A stretch of DNA of 64,000 nucleotides from a virus (taxonomy: Duplodnaviria > Caudoviricetes): positions 14,238 to 78,237 of IMG/VR virus record IMGVR_UViG_2832349384_000006; one strand, written 5' to 3'. Under the pieces are notes generated by a model. That model was not told the DNA's origin. It did not search any database and worked only from the letters and a program-made list of their open reading frames with translations. A program made the position numbers and the translations under genes. Below are positions 9,557-19,464 of the stretch, piece after piece (within the stretch, counting starts at the first letter, position 1; each line of letters begins with the position of its first letter).

Positions 9557-10519
9557 ATGTCCCTCATTATTTTTCAGCAGCAAGTTTCTACCGCCGCGAC
9601 TGAGCTGGTGGATCAGGAAGTGCAGAAGTTTAACGCCGCCTCGGGCGGCACTCTCATTTTGGGTAACGGCGATCACATTGGTGATTTTATCGAACAAACC
9701 AGCTGGCAGTTGATTGGCGGGCTCGCTCAGCGCCGTAATGCGTACGCGGATAAAAAATTAACGCCGGATGAGCTGGGCCAGCTGCTGGATCGCATGGTGA
9801 AAGTTGATGGACGTATTGGTCCTGTCAGCGTCACCCCTACCATGATGAAGCGCCTGGGGAAAGACGTCTCAGAGGCGGCAGCAGTTGTTGCAGCACAGGC
9901 GGCTGAGGCGATGATTCAGGACTACCTGAACACCACCTGCGGCGCACTGAAAGCGGCGATTTCCACCAATAGCGGAATGATCACCGATCTCTCCGGTGCC
10001 GCCGGCAGCGCGGTTAAACCGTCACTGCGTGGCCTGAACAAAGGCGCCCGACCAATGGGGGATGCGTTCTCCCGACTGTTGGCCTGGGTGATGGATGGTG
10101 CAACCTACAACGACTTCATCGATGAGGCGCTGACGAATGCCAACAGCCTTTTCAAGATCGGTAACGTGAACGTGATGCAAGATGGCCTCGGTCGCCGTTT
10201 CATCATTTCCGATATCCCGGCCCTTGCTGATGACAACTTGCAGCATGTGCTGGGCTTGACCTCTGCCGCCGCGGCAGTACAGACCACGCCGCTGATCATG
10301 AAAGCGCAGGACGTTCTGGGTAACGAAAACCTGAAAGCCCTGATGCAGGGCGAGTACGATTTCACTATCGGGCTGAAAGGCTATCAGTGGAAAAACGATA
10401 ACCTCAAGTCACCAACGGACGCACAACTGACCACCGGCGCAAACTGGAACAAGGTGCGCACCAGTAACAAGGATACCGCTGGCGTTATGGTGACCTTCGG
10501 GGAGAAAGCCGCAAAGTAA
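9557..10519 (+). CDS. Major capsid protein
   Basis: RBS GGAG; 320 aa after the scaffold; C-terminal KDTAGV motif. Confidence 0.85.
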   Translation: MSLIIFQQQVSTAATELVDQEVQKFNAASGGTLILGNGDHIGDFIEQTSWQLIGGLAQRRNAYADKKLTPDELGQLLDRMVKVDGRIGPVSVTPTMMKRLGKDVSEAAAVVAAQAAEAMIQDYLNTTCGALKAAISTNSGMITDLSGAAGSAVKPSLRGLNKGARPMGDAFSRLLAWVMDGATYNDFIDEALTNANSLFKIGNVNVMQDGLGRRFIISDIPALADDNLQHVLGLTSAAAAVQTTPLIMKAQDVLGNENLKALMQGEYDFTIGLKGYQWKNDNLKSPTDAQLTTGANWNKVRTSNKDTAGVMVTFGEKAAK

Positions 10520-10773
10520 TAGCGGTATCAGGTGTGACGCTTAACAAGACCTCGACCTCTCTGGCCGTCGGCGCGAATGAAACGCTGACGGCAACCGTGG
10601 CGCCGGAAGACGCCACGAACAAAGGGATCAACTGGTCAACATCTGATGCCGCAAAAGCAACGGTTGAAAACGGGAAAGTTACCGGTGTGGCGGCCGGCGC
10701 GGCAACCATCACAGCGACCACGGAGGACGGCGGAAAAACCGCAGCCTGCGAGGTTACCGTGACCGCGCCGTAA
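10516..10773 (+). CDS. Ig-like (Big_2) domain, probably a -1 frameshift extension of the capsid protein
   Basis: -1 frame reads VIAVSGVTLNKTSTSLAVG...WSTSDAAKATVENGKVTGVAAGAATITATTEDG; no convincing RBS for GTG 10534. Confidence 0.75.
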   Translation, partial: VIAVSGVTLNKTSTSLAVGANETLTATVAPEDATNKGINWSTSDAAKATVENGKVTGVAAGAATITATTEDGGKTAACEVTVTAP

Positions 10774-10779
10774 TAGTTT

Positions 10780-10800
10780 GGGGCTTCGGCCCCGTTTTTA
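10780..10800 (+). terminator. Intrinsic terminator after the capsid/Ig ORF
   Basis: GGGGC-TTCG-GCCCC followed by GTTTTTA. Confidence 0.85.
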
Positions 10801-10812
10801 TTGGGGGTGATC

Positions 10813-11301
10813 ATGCTAATAACGGATCCCGCTTCGCCGGATTTCAACAGCTACGTCAGCGTGCGGGATGCTCGTGACTTTGCTACGACGCGCGGCTATT
10901 CGTTGCCGGACGATGACAGCGAATGCGAAACGCTGCTGATGCAGGCGATGGATTACCTGGCAGGGCAAAGCTGGCGCGGCTCCCGTTCATCGCCGGATCA
11001 GGCGCTGCCGTGGCCGCGCTCCGGTGTGATAGTGGACGGTGTGCCGCTGGCCAGTGACAAAATCCCGCGCCAGCTGATCCAGGCACAGTGGCGCCTGGCG
11101 GTAGAAGCTCAGGAAACCGACCTGACGCCAAGCTTTGCCGGTGGCGGCGAAGTGGTAGCGGAAAGCGTCTCCGGCGCTGTGGCGGTGCAGTATGCCGAGG
11201 GCTCAAGCGGAAACGCGCCGTACTTCTCGTGGTTGGCCGGCCTGCTTAATGGGCTGCTCGGCGGGGGCGGCGGCATTAATTTTGACGTAATGCGGGGCTG
11301 A
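10813..11301 (+). CDS. Head-tail adaptor (DnaT-like putative ssDNA-binding family)
   Basis: NSYVSV, AMDYL...W.G and QALPWPR motifs; position after the capsid gene. Confidence 0.75.
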   Translation: MLITDPASPDFNSYVSVRDARDFATTRGYSLPDDDSECETLLMQAMDYLAGQSWRGSRSSPDQALPWPRSGVIVDGVPLASDKIPRQLIQAQWRLAVEAQETDLTPSFAGGGEVVAESVSGAVAVQYAEGSSGNAPYFSWLAGLLNGLLGGGGGINFDVMRG

Positions 11302-11302
11302 C

Positions 11303-11653
11303 ATGGCAATCAACTATACCCGGATGCGCGCCACCGCCACACGGTTGCTCACCGAGAACGGGCAAAAGCGCGTGCTCACCCGGGGCGGGAAAGTGACGCG
11401 GGTAAACGGGAAAGAGGTGCGATTACCCGACGAAAAGGCGGATGTGATCGGCGTTGTGACGGAATACAAGCCGGGAGAAATTGACGGCACGCTGATTCAG
11501 AACGGTGACGTGCTGTTGGTGGCAACCTACCAGACGGAAATCCGTATCGACGACCGCATTGAGATCGACGGGAAAAAATATCGCGTGGTTCATCCGCATC
11601 CGGTTAAGCCGGCAGCGGTGCTGATCTGCTACCGCGCACAGCTGAGGGCATGA
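11303..11653 (+). CDS. Head closure/head-tail joining protein
   Basis: Synteny; 116 aa; GTLIQNGD motif. Confidence 0.65.
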   Translation: MAINYTRMRATATRLLTENGQKRVLTRGGKVTRVNGKEVRLPDEKADVIGVVTEYKPGEIDGTLIQNGDVLLVATYQTEIRIDDRIEIDGKKYRVVHPHPVKPAAVLICYRAQLRA

Positions 11654-11654
11654 C

Positions 11655-12239
11655 ATGGCAGAAAACGACGCGTTCATGCAGGCGATCACTGCCTTCGTGG
11701 ACAAGGCAAAGGCCAACCAGGCGCAGGTAGTCCGCGCAACGGGGATCCGCATCCTCACGCAACTGGTTCAGATGTCGCCCGTAGGCAATCCCGACTTGTG
11801 GGAGGTGAACGCCACCGCCAAAGCCTATAACGACGCGGTCGCAGAACACAACGATGCGCAGCGCAACGATCCGGCCAACCTGACACCGACCGGGCGCCTG
11901 AAAAAGCGCGCCAGGGTATCCGACAGCATGGATATCAAGGCGCCGGCCGGTTATACCGGCGGCCGGTTCCGCGGCAACTGGCAGGTGGGGTTGGATGCGG
12001 CGCCGCAAGGTGAAACCGGCCAGGTGGATAAATCGGGTGGTAAAACGCTGGCCGCTGGCACGCTGGTGATCGAGCGTTTTCGTGTCGGCATGCAAGCGGT
12101 GTACTTCACGAATAACGTTCCCTATGCCTACCCGTTGGAGTTTGGTCACTCGTCGCAGGCGCCTGGCGGCATGGTGCGGATCACCGCTGCCGATTTCCAG
12201 CGTCATTTCCAGGCAGCCGTATCGGAGGTGAAATCGTGA
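11655..12239 (+). CDS. HK97 gp10-like tail completion protein
   Basis: SPVG...GRFRGNWQV and NNVPYAYPLEFGHSSQAP motifs. Confidence 0.85.
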   Translation: MAENDAFMQAITAFVDKAKANQAQVVRATGIRILTQLVQMSPVGNPDLWEVNATAKAYNDAVAEHNDAQRNDPANLTPTGRLKKRARVSDSMDIKAPAGYTGGRFRGNWQVGLDAAPQGETGQVDKSGGKTLAAGTLVIERFRVGMQAVYFTNNVPYAYPLEFGHSSQAPGGMVRITAADFQRHFQAAVSEVKS

Positions 12240-12649
12240 GTCATACCCGAGTAGCCGAACTGCTCGAAGCGCGCCTGGGTGAATGGGCAGATGGTAAAGG
12301 CGTGCCTGTAGTGTGGGACAACATCGCGGAAAACCCGCCGGATACGCTCTATCTTCAGGCCTACGCGATGCCGGCGACCACGACGACGATCGACCTGGCG
12401 GAAAAGCTGCAGGTGCTGCCGGGCGTCTGGCAGATCAACGTCGTGGCGAAGGCCGGCGACGGCGTCAGTGGCGCCCGCGCGCTAGCCGATGAGGTGGCCG
12501 CTTTGTTCCCTGTTGGCCTGGCGCTCAGCGATGAGGGGATCACCTGCTACATCAGCACGCCGCCGACGGTTTACCGTGGCATCACGTCAGACACCCGCTA
12601 TTCCATCCCCGTCAGCATGAGCTATCGCGCTCACCTCATCACACACTGA
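12236..12649 (+). CDS. Tail terminator protein (DUF4128-like)
   Basis: Synteny; G.WQINV...G.G motif. Confidence 0.75.
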   Translation: MSHTRVAELLEARLGEWADGKGVPVVWDNIAENPPDTLYLQAYAMPATTTTIDLAEKLQVLPGVWQINVVAKAGDGVSGARALADEVAALFPVGLALSDEGITCYISTPPTVYRGITSDTRYSIPVSMSYRAHLITH

Positions 12650-12692
12650 CCGCCGCGGCGGTTTTTTTATGCCCAAAATTGGAGAATCCACT

Positions 12693-13349
12693 ATGGCATT
12701 TGCATTACCAAACGGCGCCACGGTTTTCGCTGGTTCCAAGATGGCGGCAGCGCTGCCAACGTCAGCGGTTAGTAACGCCAAGGGCGCGGTGTTTACCGTG
12801 GCAAATGGCACCCTGGCCGCCGATGACATTGTGCTCATCAAATCAGGCTGGGGAAACATCGACAACCTGGTCGCCAAAGTGACAGCGGCGACGGCAACGG
12901 CGGTGACGATCGGTGCACTGGATACGTCGAATACCAAATTTTTCCCGGCGGGCGGCGCCGCCGGTGCGCTTATCAAAATCACCGAATGGACGCAGATCCC
13001 ACAAATCACTGAAGTGGGGGCGTCTGGAGGCGATCAGCAGTACGTGCAGATCCAGTTCCTTGAGGACGACCGCCAGCGCAACCTGGCGACGTACAAGGCA
13101 GCCAAGACCCAGACGTTTACCTTTGCGCATGATTCAACGTTGCCGATTTATGACGTCCTGACCGCTGCCGATCGCGTTGGCGACATTCTGCCGTTTTACA
13201 TGTATGTGCCGACGGCAAAAGAAACCCGTTACTGGTCCGGCACGCCATCCTTTGACCCACAGCCGGCAACGGCCGTGAACCAGGTGGAAACTGTGCAGGT
13301 ATCGATCGCGGTACAGTCCCGCACCATGACGTTCTACAAGGACAAGTAA
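12693..13349 (+). CDS. Major tail tube protein
   Basis: RBS GGAG before ATG 12693; MAFALPNG start; WTQIPQI and GGDQQY motifs. Confidence 0.85.
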   Translation: MAFALPNGATVFAGSKMAAALPTSAVSNAKGAVFTVANGTLAADDIVLIKSGWGNIDNLVAKVTAATATAVTIGALDTSNTKFFPAGGAAGALIKITEWTQIPQITEVGASGGDQQYVQIQFLEDDRQRNLATYKAAKTQTFTFAHDSTLPIYDVLTAADRVGDILPFYMYVPTAKETRYWSGTPSFDPQPATAVNQVETVQVSIAVQSRTMTFYKDK

Positions 13350-13394
13350 TTTTAACCCTCGGGGCGCAAGCCCCATTTTTTCGCAGGTTCCGAC

Positions 13395-13748
13395 ATGACA
13401 GCAAAATTTACCCTGGTCCCAAACTCGACGTTTAAAAAAGACGTCACAATCCCGCGCGCCGGCGCAGAAGATGGCGTGCTGACGTTCACGTTCAAGCACA
13501 AGACCCGCAGCCAGCTGGAAGCGCTGGAAAACACCCTGCGCGAGGCGACGGAAAAGCAGATTGAGGCCGGCAGCCACGGCAGTGCGCCGATGGTGGCATT
13601 CATCGAGGAAATCGCCGCGGGCTGGGCGCTGCCTGACGAGTTCAACAGCGAGAACGTGCTGGTGCTGCTGGAAAACTACCCGCGTGCGTTCGACTCTATC
13701 GCCATGACCTACACCCGCGAGCTGATGGCGATCCGAGAAAAAAACTAA
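13395..13748 (+). CDS. Tail assembly chaperone (gpG-like)
   Basis: Follows the tube gene; ends on slippery A AAA AAC TAA. Confidence 0.85.
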   Translation: MTAKFTLVPNSTFKKDVTIPRAGAEDGVLTFTFKHKTRSQLEALENTLREATEKQIEAGSHGSAPMVAFIEEIAAGWALPDEFNSENVLVLLENYPRAFDSIAMTYTRELMAIREKN

Positions 13749-14050
13749 CAGCGGTTGCCTCGGCGTTCTATACGCCTGACCCGTCGCCGGAAGAACTGGC
13801 CGCATTTGGGTTAACGCCCGAGGACGTCAAAGGGGAGCCGATCGACGTGCTCCCCGACGTGTGGCCAGTGTTCGAGGTGTTCCGGGCAATGGCGACGCAA
13901 TGGCGTACCGGTATGGGCGGCGTCACCGGGTTGGATTACAACTGCCTGCCCTGGGTGATGAAATTGCACGGCGTCGACGATGAGGCAACCGCGTTAACGG
14001 ATATCAGGGTGATGGAAGCCGCTGCGCTTGCCACCATCCATAAAAAATAA
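13739..14050 (+). CDS. gpGT-like -1 frameshift extension (DUF1799-like)
   Basis: Slippery A AAA AAC at 13739-13745; -1 frame is open through LTAVASAFYTPDP...QWRTGMGGVTGLDY to 14050. Confidence 0.88.
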   Translation, partial: KKLTAVASAFYTPDPSPEELAAFGLTPEDVKGEPIDVLPDVWPVFEVFRAMATQWRTGMGGVTGLDYNCLPWVMKLHGVDDEATALTDIRVMEAAALATIHKK

Positions 14051-14089
14051 TGGCCCGCCGCGCGGGCTTTTTACTGCACGGAGCCCCGC

Positions 14090-17017
14090 ATGACAGACAT
14101 TGCATCGATCTCCCTGCGCGTCGATACCGGCGACCTGCAGCGCGGCAACAGCGAGCTGGATAAATTCCAGAAAACTGCTGCAGGCGCCGCCGGCGCGGCT
14201 GACGGTTTCAATGCCTCGGGCAAAGAGACGGCCAAAGTATCGAAAGAGGTGGCGCATGAGGTCGAGGAAACGCACAAACGGGTAGCGGAATACAGCCGCC
14301 GCCTGCGCGAGAGCCAGACCACGGCGACGGCATCCGGCCGGGCGCAGGACCAGCTGACCGAATCTTACTTTCGCCAGATTGACCGGATCAAGCAGCTCGG
14401 CACCGGCACGCAGGAATTGCGCGCCATTCAGTCGCAGGTGCGCGCCGCCCGCGCCGCCGGCAACATCACGCAAAACGACTACCTGACGCTCACCAGCCAC
14501 GCCGCGGATAAAATGCGCGAGCTGACCAAAGCCGAAGAGGCATCGGCGGCCGCCAAATCGATCTTCATCCAAAAGCTGAAAGACCAGGTGGCAACGCAGA
14601 ACCTTTCGCGGGAAGAGCTGCTGCGCTACCGCGCTGCGCAGTTGGGCGTTGGTTCTGCAGCGGAAATCTACATCAAAAAGCTGTCCACCGCTGGCGACGC
14701 CACGCATAAATTCAGTTTGCAGACGTCGGCCGCCCGCCGGGAGCTGGGCGTTATGCTCGGAGAGCTGGCGCGCGGGAACCTGGGCGCCTTGCGCGGCTCC
14801 AGCATCACCCTGGCGAATCGGTCCGGGCTGATCGACCAGTTGATGACGTTTCGCGGCGCAGCGGTCGCAGGATCAATAGGGCTTGTTGCAGCTGCGTTTG
14901 GCGGTCTCGCCATTGCATACGAGAAGGGAAGTGCGGAAGCCAGAGAATTTAACCGCTCGATCATCCTGACAGGTAACTATGCTGGACTGACGTCCGATCG
15001 TTTGGCTCTCATGGCCGACAAGGTTGCGGATTCAACCAATAGCACTGTAAGCAAGTCCGCCCAGGCTTTGGCAACCCTCAACTCATCGGGCGAATTTACA
15101 GCTTCACAGCTAAGTATGATCGCCACAGCAGCGATCAATATGGAACAGGCTACCGGCCAATCCATAGAGAAAACCGCCGAGCAATTCAAGTCATTGCAAG
15201 GTGAGCCACTGAAAGCTGTCGTGGCACTCAATGACCAATATCACTTCCTAACCTCGACGGTTTACGACCAGATCGCGGCGCAAATTGAAGCAGGAAACAC
15301 CCGGAAAGCCCAGGAAATTGCGGAGCAATCCTATGCGCGTGCCATTAATGAGCGCGCGATGGAAATTAAAGAAGGGCTAGGGGTTCTTGAGTCTGCCTGG
15401 GATGGCATTGGTCGGGCTGCCTCGTGGGCGTGGGATAAAATGCTCGGGATAGGACGAGATGATCCGGTCGCCAGGTTGGAGAAAGCGCGTGCAGTTCTCA
15501 ATTCTCCTGTAACGTCTTCGTCTGCAAAAGATAAGGCTATGGGGGACATACTCAATAGCCTGGTGGGTAATCTGCAGGCGGACTTGCAAGGTGCTCAGCA
15601 GCAGGCCGCGAACGACAGAATTAAAGCGTTGCAAAAAGTTGACTCCCTTGAAAAATCCATGGAGTCGAACGCAGAAAAACGCGTAAAGCTCCACAAGGAA
15701 ATTAACGAGCAACTCCGATTAGGCTACATCACCCAAGAACGGGCTGACAAACTCAATGCCCGGATCGATGAAAAATTCAAAGACCCGAAAACACCGAAGG
15801 GACGCCAGTACACGGCGCCGGCCGGTGATCGAGCCGACGAAAAAGCGCAGGCTGATTTGTTGGCGCTCCAGGCTCAGCTCAAAGTGCTGCAGGAACATCG
15901 CAGCATCAATGACACCATCAGCCAACAACGCAAGGATTTGTGGGCGGAGCAGGCGAAATTTGCCGTTCTGGAGCAGGCAGCCGATAAGCGGAAGCTGACT
16001 GCGCAAGAGCAATCTCTGCTATCCAGCAAAGATAGCGTGCTGGCGCAAAAGGAACGGCTGGCGGTTCTCGGTGACGAGGTCGTCAAACAGGAGCGGCTAA
16101 ACAAACTTCAGGACGCTTCGTCCAAGTATGTCACCCAGATGAGCGAGAAGCGTCAGGCGCTGCGTGAAAGCGCCGGCTTGAGCGATCGGGATGCGCGGCG
16201 CCGCATGGAAGAGGCGCAGCTCGCGCAGGGGTGGCAGAATCAGGGCGGTAGCCTGCAAGATGACGGTTACAAGCGGCAGCTGCAGGCGGCACGTGATTTT
16301 TACACCGAAGAAGACAAGCTGCGAGCCGATTGGAAAAAAGGCGCATTGAAAGGCTGGAACGAATATCTGGACTCAGCGACCAATGTCTATTCCTCAGTCG
16401 CGAATGTCGCCAATGCTGCATTCACTGGGCTGAGCGACACGCTTACCAGCCTTGCGACAACCGGATCGGCCAACGTTAAAAGTTTCGGCGTCTCTATGCT
16501 GAAAATGGTGGTGGACGTCATCAACAAGCTATTGGTGGCTTACGCCGTTCAGGCGGCTATGGGGTGGATTGGTAGCTCGCTCAGTGCGCCATCTGGCGGC
16601 AATAACCCCGGCGCAGTACCAATGGGGTTACATTACGACGGCGGTTATACCGGCGACGGCGGCAAGTACGAGCCTAAAGGCATCGTGCACGGCGGTGAAT
16701 TCGTGTTCACCAAAGAGGCGACTCGCAATATTGGTGTTGGCAACTTGTACGCCATGATGCACAGCGCCCAGGGTTACGCGGACGGCGGCTATGTAGGTAA
16801 CGCGCCAATGCACGGGCTCACGGCGGCGGGAGGTAATTCGATCGTTGTTCATGCGCCGGTCACCATCACGCAGGAGAGTAGTAATGGTGGCGACGTCAGC
16901 GCAGCGAATACCGCCAACACAGCCCGGCAGTTGCAGGGGATTGTCCAGACCGAAATCACCGATCGCCTGAAGCGCGAGATGTCGCCGGGGGGATTGTTAT
17001 ATTCAGGACGCAGATAA
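14090..17017 (+). CDS. Tail tape measure protein (lambda H-like)
   Basis: 975 aa, Ala/Gln-rich helical; C-terminal GGYTGDGGKYEPKGIVHGGEFV. Confidence 0.93.
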   Translation: MTDIASISLRVDTGDLQRGNSELDKFQKTAAGAAGAADGFNASGKETAKVSKEVAHEVEETHKRVAEYSRRLRESQTTATASGRAQDQLTESYFRQIDRIKQLGTGTQELRAIQSQVRAARAAGNITQNDYLTLTSHAADKMRELTKAEEASAAAKSIFIQKLKDQVATQNLSREELLRYRAAQLGVGSAAEIYIKKLSTAGDATHKFSLQTSAARRELGVMLGELARGNLGALRGSSITLANRSGLIDQLMTFRGAAVAGSIGLVAAAFGGLAIAYEKGSAEAREFNRSIILTGNYAGLTSDRLALMADKVADSTNSTVSKSAQALATLNSSGEFTASQLSMIATAAINMEQATGQSIEKTAEQFKSLQGEPLKAVVALNDQYHFLTSTVYDQIAAQIEAGNTRKAQEIAEQSYARAINERAMEIKEGLGVLESAWDGIGRAASWAWDKMLGIGRDDPVARLEKARAVLNSPVTSSSAKDKAMGDILNSLVGNLQADLQGAQQQAANDRIKALQKVDSLEKSMESNAEKRVKLHKEINEQLRLGYITQERADKLNARIDEKFKDPKTPKGRQYTAPAGDRADEKAQADLLALQAQLKVLQEHRSINDTISQQRKDLWAEQAKFAVLEQAADKRKLTAQEQSLLSSKDSVLAQKERLAVLGDEVVKQERLNKLQDASSKYVTQMSEKRQALRESAGLSDRDARRRMEEAQLAQGWQNQGGSLQDDGYKRQLQAARDFYTEEDKLRADWKKGALKGWNEYLDSATNVYSSVANVANAAFTGLSDTLTSLATTGSANVKSFGVSMLKMVVDVINKLLVAYAVQAAMGWIGSSLSAPSGGNNPGAVPMGLHYDGGYTGDGGKYEPKGIVHGGEFVFTKEATRNIGVGNLYAMMHSAQGYADGGYVGNAPMHGLTAAGGNSIVVHAPVTITQESSNGGDVSAANTANTARQLQGIVQTEITDRLKREMSPGGLLYSGRR

Positions 17018-17056
17018 ACGGCCAGCCGCAACGCTGGCTTTTTTTATGGGGGGAAA

Positions 17057-17398
17057 ATGGCGGTTGATACCTTTATCTGGCGAACGCAGGCGCAGCCGAC
17101 AGGCTCGGAGAATATGAACGTGATCGCCGTTCAGTTTGGCGATGGCTATAAGCAGGTGGCCAGCAGCGGCCTGAATGCCACGGCTCAATCGTGGACGTTG
17201 AGCCTTACCGACACAAAATCCAACGTGGCGCCGATCCGAGCGTTCTTGCAAAAACACGTCATCAAATCGTTTTTCTGGGTAAACCCCTGGGGTGAGAAAA
17301 AGCTCTATCGGGTGAAAGCGGATTCGATTTCCTCGACGTTTCTCGCCGCTGAGGTGATCACCTTGTCATTCACCTTTGAAGAGGCCTTCGCACCATGA
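17057..17398 (+). CDS. Minor tail protein M-like
   Basis: VQFGDGYKQ motif; synteny. Confidence 0.88.
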   Translation: MAVDTFIWRTQAQPTGSENMNVIAVQFGDGYKQVASSGLNATAQSWTLSLTDTKSNVAPIRAFLQKHVIKSFFWVNPWGEKKLYRVKADSISSTFLAAEVITLSFTFEEAFAP

Positions 17399-18132
17399 GT
17401 TTAACGCAAGATCTACAGTCGCTGGAGCCAGGACAGCTAATCCAGCTGGTTGAAGTCGACGGTACGGCGTTTGGTATGGACCGCGTGCTGCGCTTCCATG
17501 CGCACAACATACCGGCTGACGGCTGGGCATCGTTCGCCGCCGAGAACATGCCATCGATCATCTGGCAGGGCAACGAATACGACCCTCACCCGTATGAATT
17601 TAAAGGCGCTGAGTTGACGAGCACCGGAGCGCAGCCAACGCCGACGCTGTCGATTGGCAACATCGGAAACTATGTAACGTCCTTATGCCTGGCTTACGAC
17701 GATATGGTTCAGGCGAAGGTGCGCATTCGAACGACGATGGCGAAATATCTCGACGCTGCCAACTGGAAAGCCGGCAACCCCAGCGCGATGCCGACCGAAG
17801 AGCGGGTGCAGCTTTTCTACATCAACGCCAAAAAGGCCGAGACGCGCGCCCAGATCGACTTTGAGTTATGTACCCCGTTTGATATCCAGAACCTGCAGCT
17901 GCCGACCCGGCAGATCACACCGGTTTGCACCTGGTGCATGCGCGGCTGGTATCGCACCGGTACCGGGTGCGACTACAACGGCAATCGTTATTTCAAGAAA
18001 GACGGCACTCCAACGGACGATCCTGCGCAGGATGTTTGCGGCGGCCGACGGCGCGATTGCGAGGATCGTCACGGAAAAGGGAATCCGCTGCCTTATGGTG
18101 GCTTTCCAGCGGCCAACCTGCAGGGGAAATAA
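17395..18132 (+). CDS. Minor tail protein L-like
   Basis: Cys cluster CTW...YRTGTGCDY...CGGRRRDC; synteny. Confidence 0.9.
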   Translation: MSLTQDLQSLEPGQLIQLVEVDGTAFGMDRVLRFHAHNIPADGWASFAAENMPSIIWQGNEYDPHPYEFKGAELTSTGAQPTPTLSIGNIGNYVTSLCLAYDDMVQAKVRIRTTMAKYLDAANWKAGNPSAMPTEERVQLFYINAKKAETRAQIDFELCTPFDIQNLQLPTRQITPVCTWCMRGWYRTGTGCDYNGNRYFKKDGTPTDDPAQDVCGGRRRDCEDRHGKGNPLPYGGFPAANLQGK

Positions 18133-18134
18133 CG

Positions 18135-18854
18135 ATGCGAAAAAAATTACTGGCGGCCATCCGCCTACACGTGGCCGCTGAATACCCGAACGAGGCCTGT
18201 GGGGTGATCATCGAGACGGGAAAGCAGCAGCGGTATATCCCCTGTAAAAACATTGCCGACAAGCCTATGGACTATTTCACGCTTTGCCCGCTCGACTATG
18301 CTGCTGCCGAAGAATTGGGCGAGGTGATCATGGTGGTTCACTCTCACCCTGATGTTGTGCAGCTCATTCCCTCGGAGTTCGACCGCATCCAGTGCGACCA
18401 TTCCGGCGTGGAGTGGGGGATCATGTCCTGGCCGGACGGTGACTTTTGCACAATCTCGCCGCGGGGGGACCGCGCACTGGTTGGCCGGCGTTGGGTGCTG
18501 GGTTATGCCGACTGCTGGACGCTCATCATGGATTATTACCGCCAGCATCACGGCATCTTCTTGAAAAATTATTCGGTGCCGCGCGAATGGTGGATCGATG
18601 GGAAAGAAAACATCTATGACGACAACTGGCAGGCTGAGGGGTTTGTCGAAGTGTCGTCCGAAGCTATCCGACCGGGCGACATGGTGATGATGCAGATCAG
18701 CGCGCCGGTAACCAACCATGCGGCGATTTACCTCGGCGACAACACCATCCTGCACCACAACTTCGGGAACCTGTCGGCGCGGGTACCGTACGGGAAATAT
18801 TACCGTGATCGCACCGTGCGGGTGGTTCGACACAAGGAGCTATTGGATGCTTAA
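18135..18854 (+). CDS. Tail tip protein K-like (JAB/MPN + NlpC/P60)
   Basis: YPNEACG, VHSHP, DCWTL and NHAAIYLG motifs; real start ATG 18135. Confidence 0.9.
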   Translation: MRKKLLAAIRLHVAAEYPNEACGVIIETGKQQRYIPCKNIADKPMDYFTLCPLDYAAAEELGEVIMVVHSHPDVVQLIPSEFDRIQCDHSGVEWGIMSWPDGDFCTISPRGDRALVGRRWVLGYADCWTLIMDYYRQHHGIFLKNYSVPREWWIDGKENIYDDNWQAEGFVEVSSEAIRPGDMVMMQISAPVTNHAAIYLGDNTILHHNFGNLSARVPYGKYYRDRTVRVVRHKELLDA

Positions 18855-19464
18855 AAAAATCACGCTCAAGGGAGCGATGGGTAAAAAGTTCGGCCGGCAT
18901 CATGAGTATGCGGTCGCGGATTTGCGCGAAGCGCTGCGCGCAATGTGTGCCACCATCCCAGGCTTTAAAAAATACATGTCCACGGCTCACATCGACGGGA
19001 TCCGCTTTGCATTTTTCAGCGGGCGGGAAAATATTGGCATCGAAGAATTCGACATGGCCAAAGGTGCTGATGAATTCGTGATCATGCCGATAATTGAGGG
19101 CGCCAAGCGTGGTGGTGTGCTGCAGGTGGTGATCGGCGCTGTGGCATTGGTGGCCGCGTTCTTCACTGCAGGTGCATCGATGGCAGCCTGGGGGGCAGCA
19201 CTTTCCGCCGGTGCCATGTCAGCAACAACCGTGCTCACCGGGATCGGCATCAGCATGATGCTCGGCGGTGTGGTGCAGCTGCTTACGCCTCAGCCCAGCA
19301 TGAACATTGGCGCGTCCTCAAGTACCGACAACAAACCCAACTATGCTTTCGGCGCGCCGGTGAACACCGTGGCGATGGGGTACCCGGTACCGGTGCTTTA
19401 CGGCGAACGGGAGATCGGCGGCGCTATCATCAGCGCCGGCATTTTCTCAAGCGACCAGCAGTGA
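18847..19464 (+). CDS. Tail assembly protein I-like
   Basis: LKGAMGKKFG start; C-terminal PVPVLYGEREIGG. Confidence 0.9.
   Translation: MLKKITLKGAMGKKFGRHHEYAVADLREALRAMCATIPGFKKYMSTAHIDGIRFAFFSGRENIGIEEFDMAKGADEFVIMPIIEGAKRGGVLQVVIGAVALVAAFFTAGASMAAWGAALSAGAMSATTVLTGIGISMMLGGVVQLLTPQPSMNIGASSSTDNKPNYAFGAPVNTVAMGYPVPVLYGEREIGGAIISAGIFSSDQQ

Noticed and set aside
17925-18134. Extended start of tail protein K (and similarly 18718, 23590, 24359, 43402, 44009, 57923, 59388, 61221, 61645)
   Set aside because: These overlap upstream genes or promoters; family homology and RBSs support the later starts used
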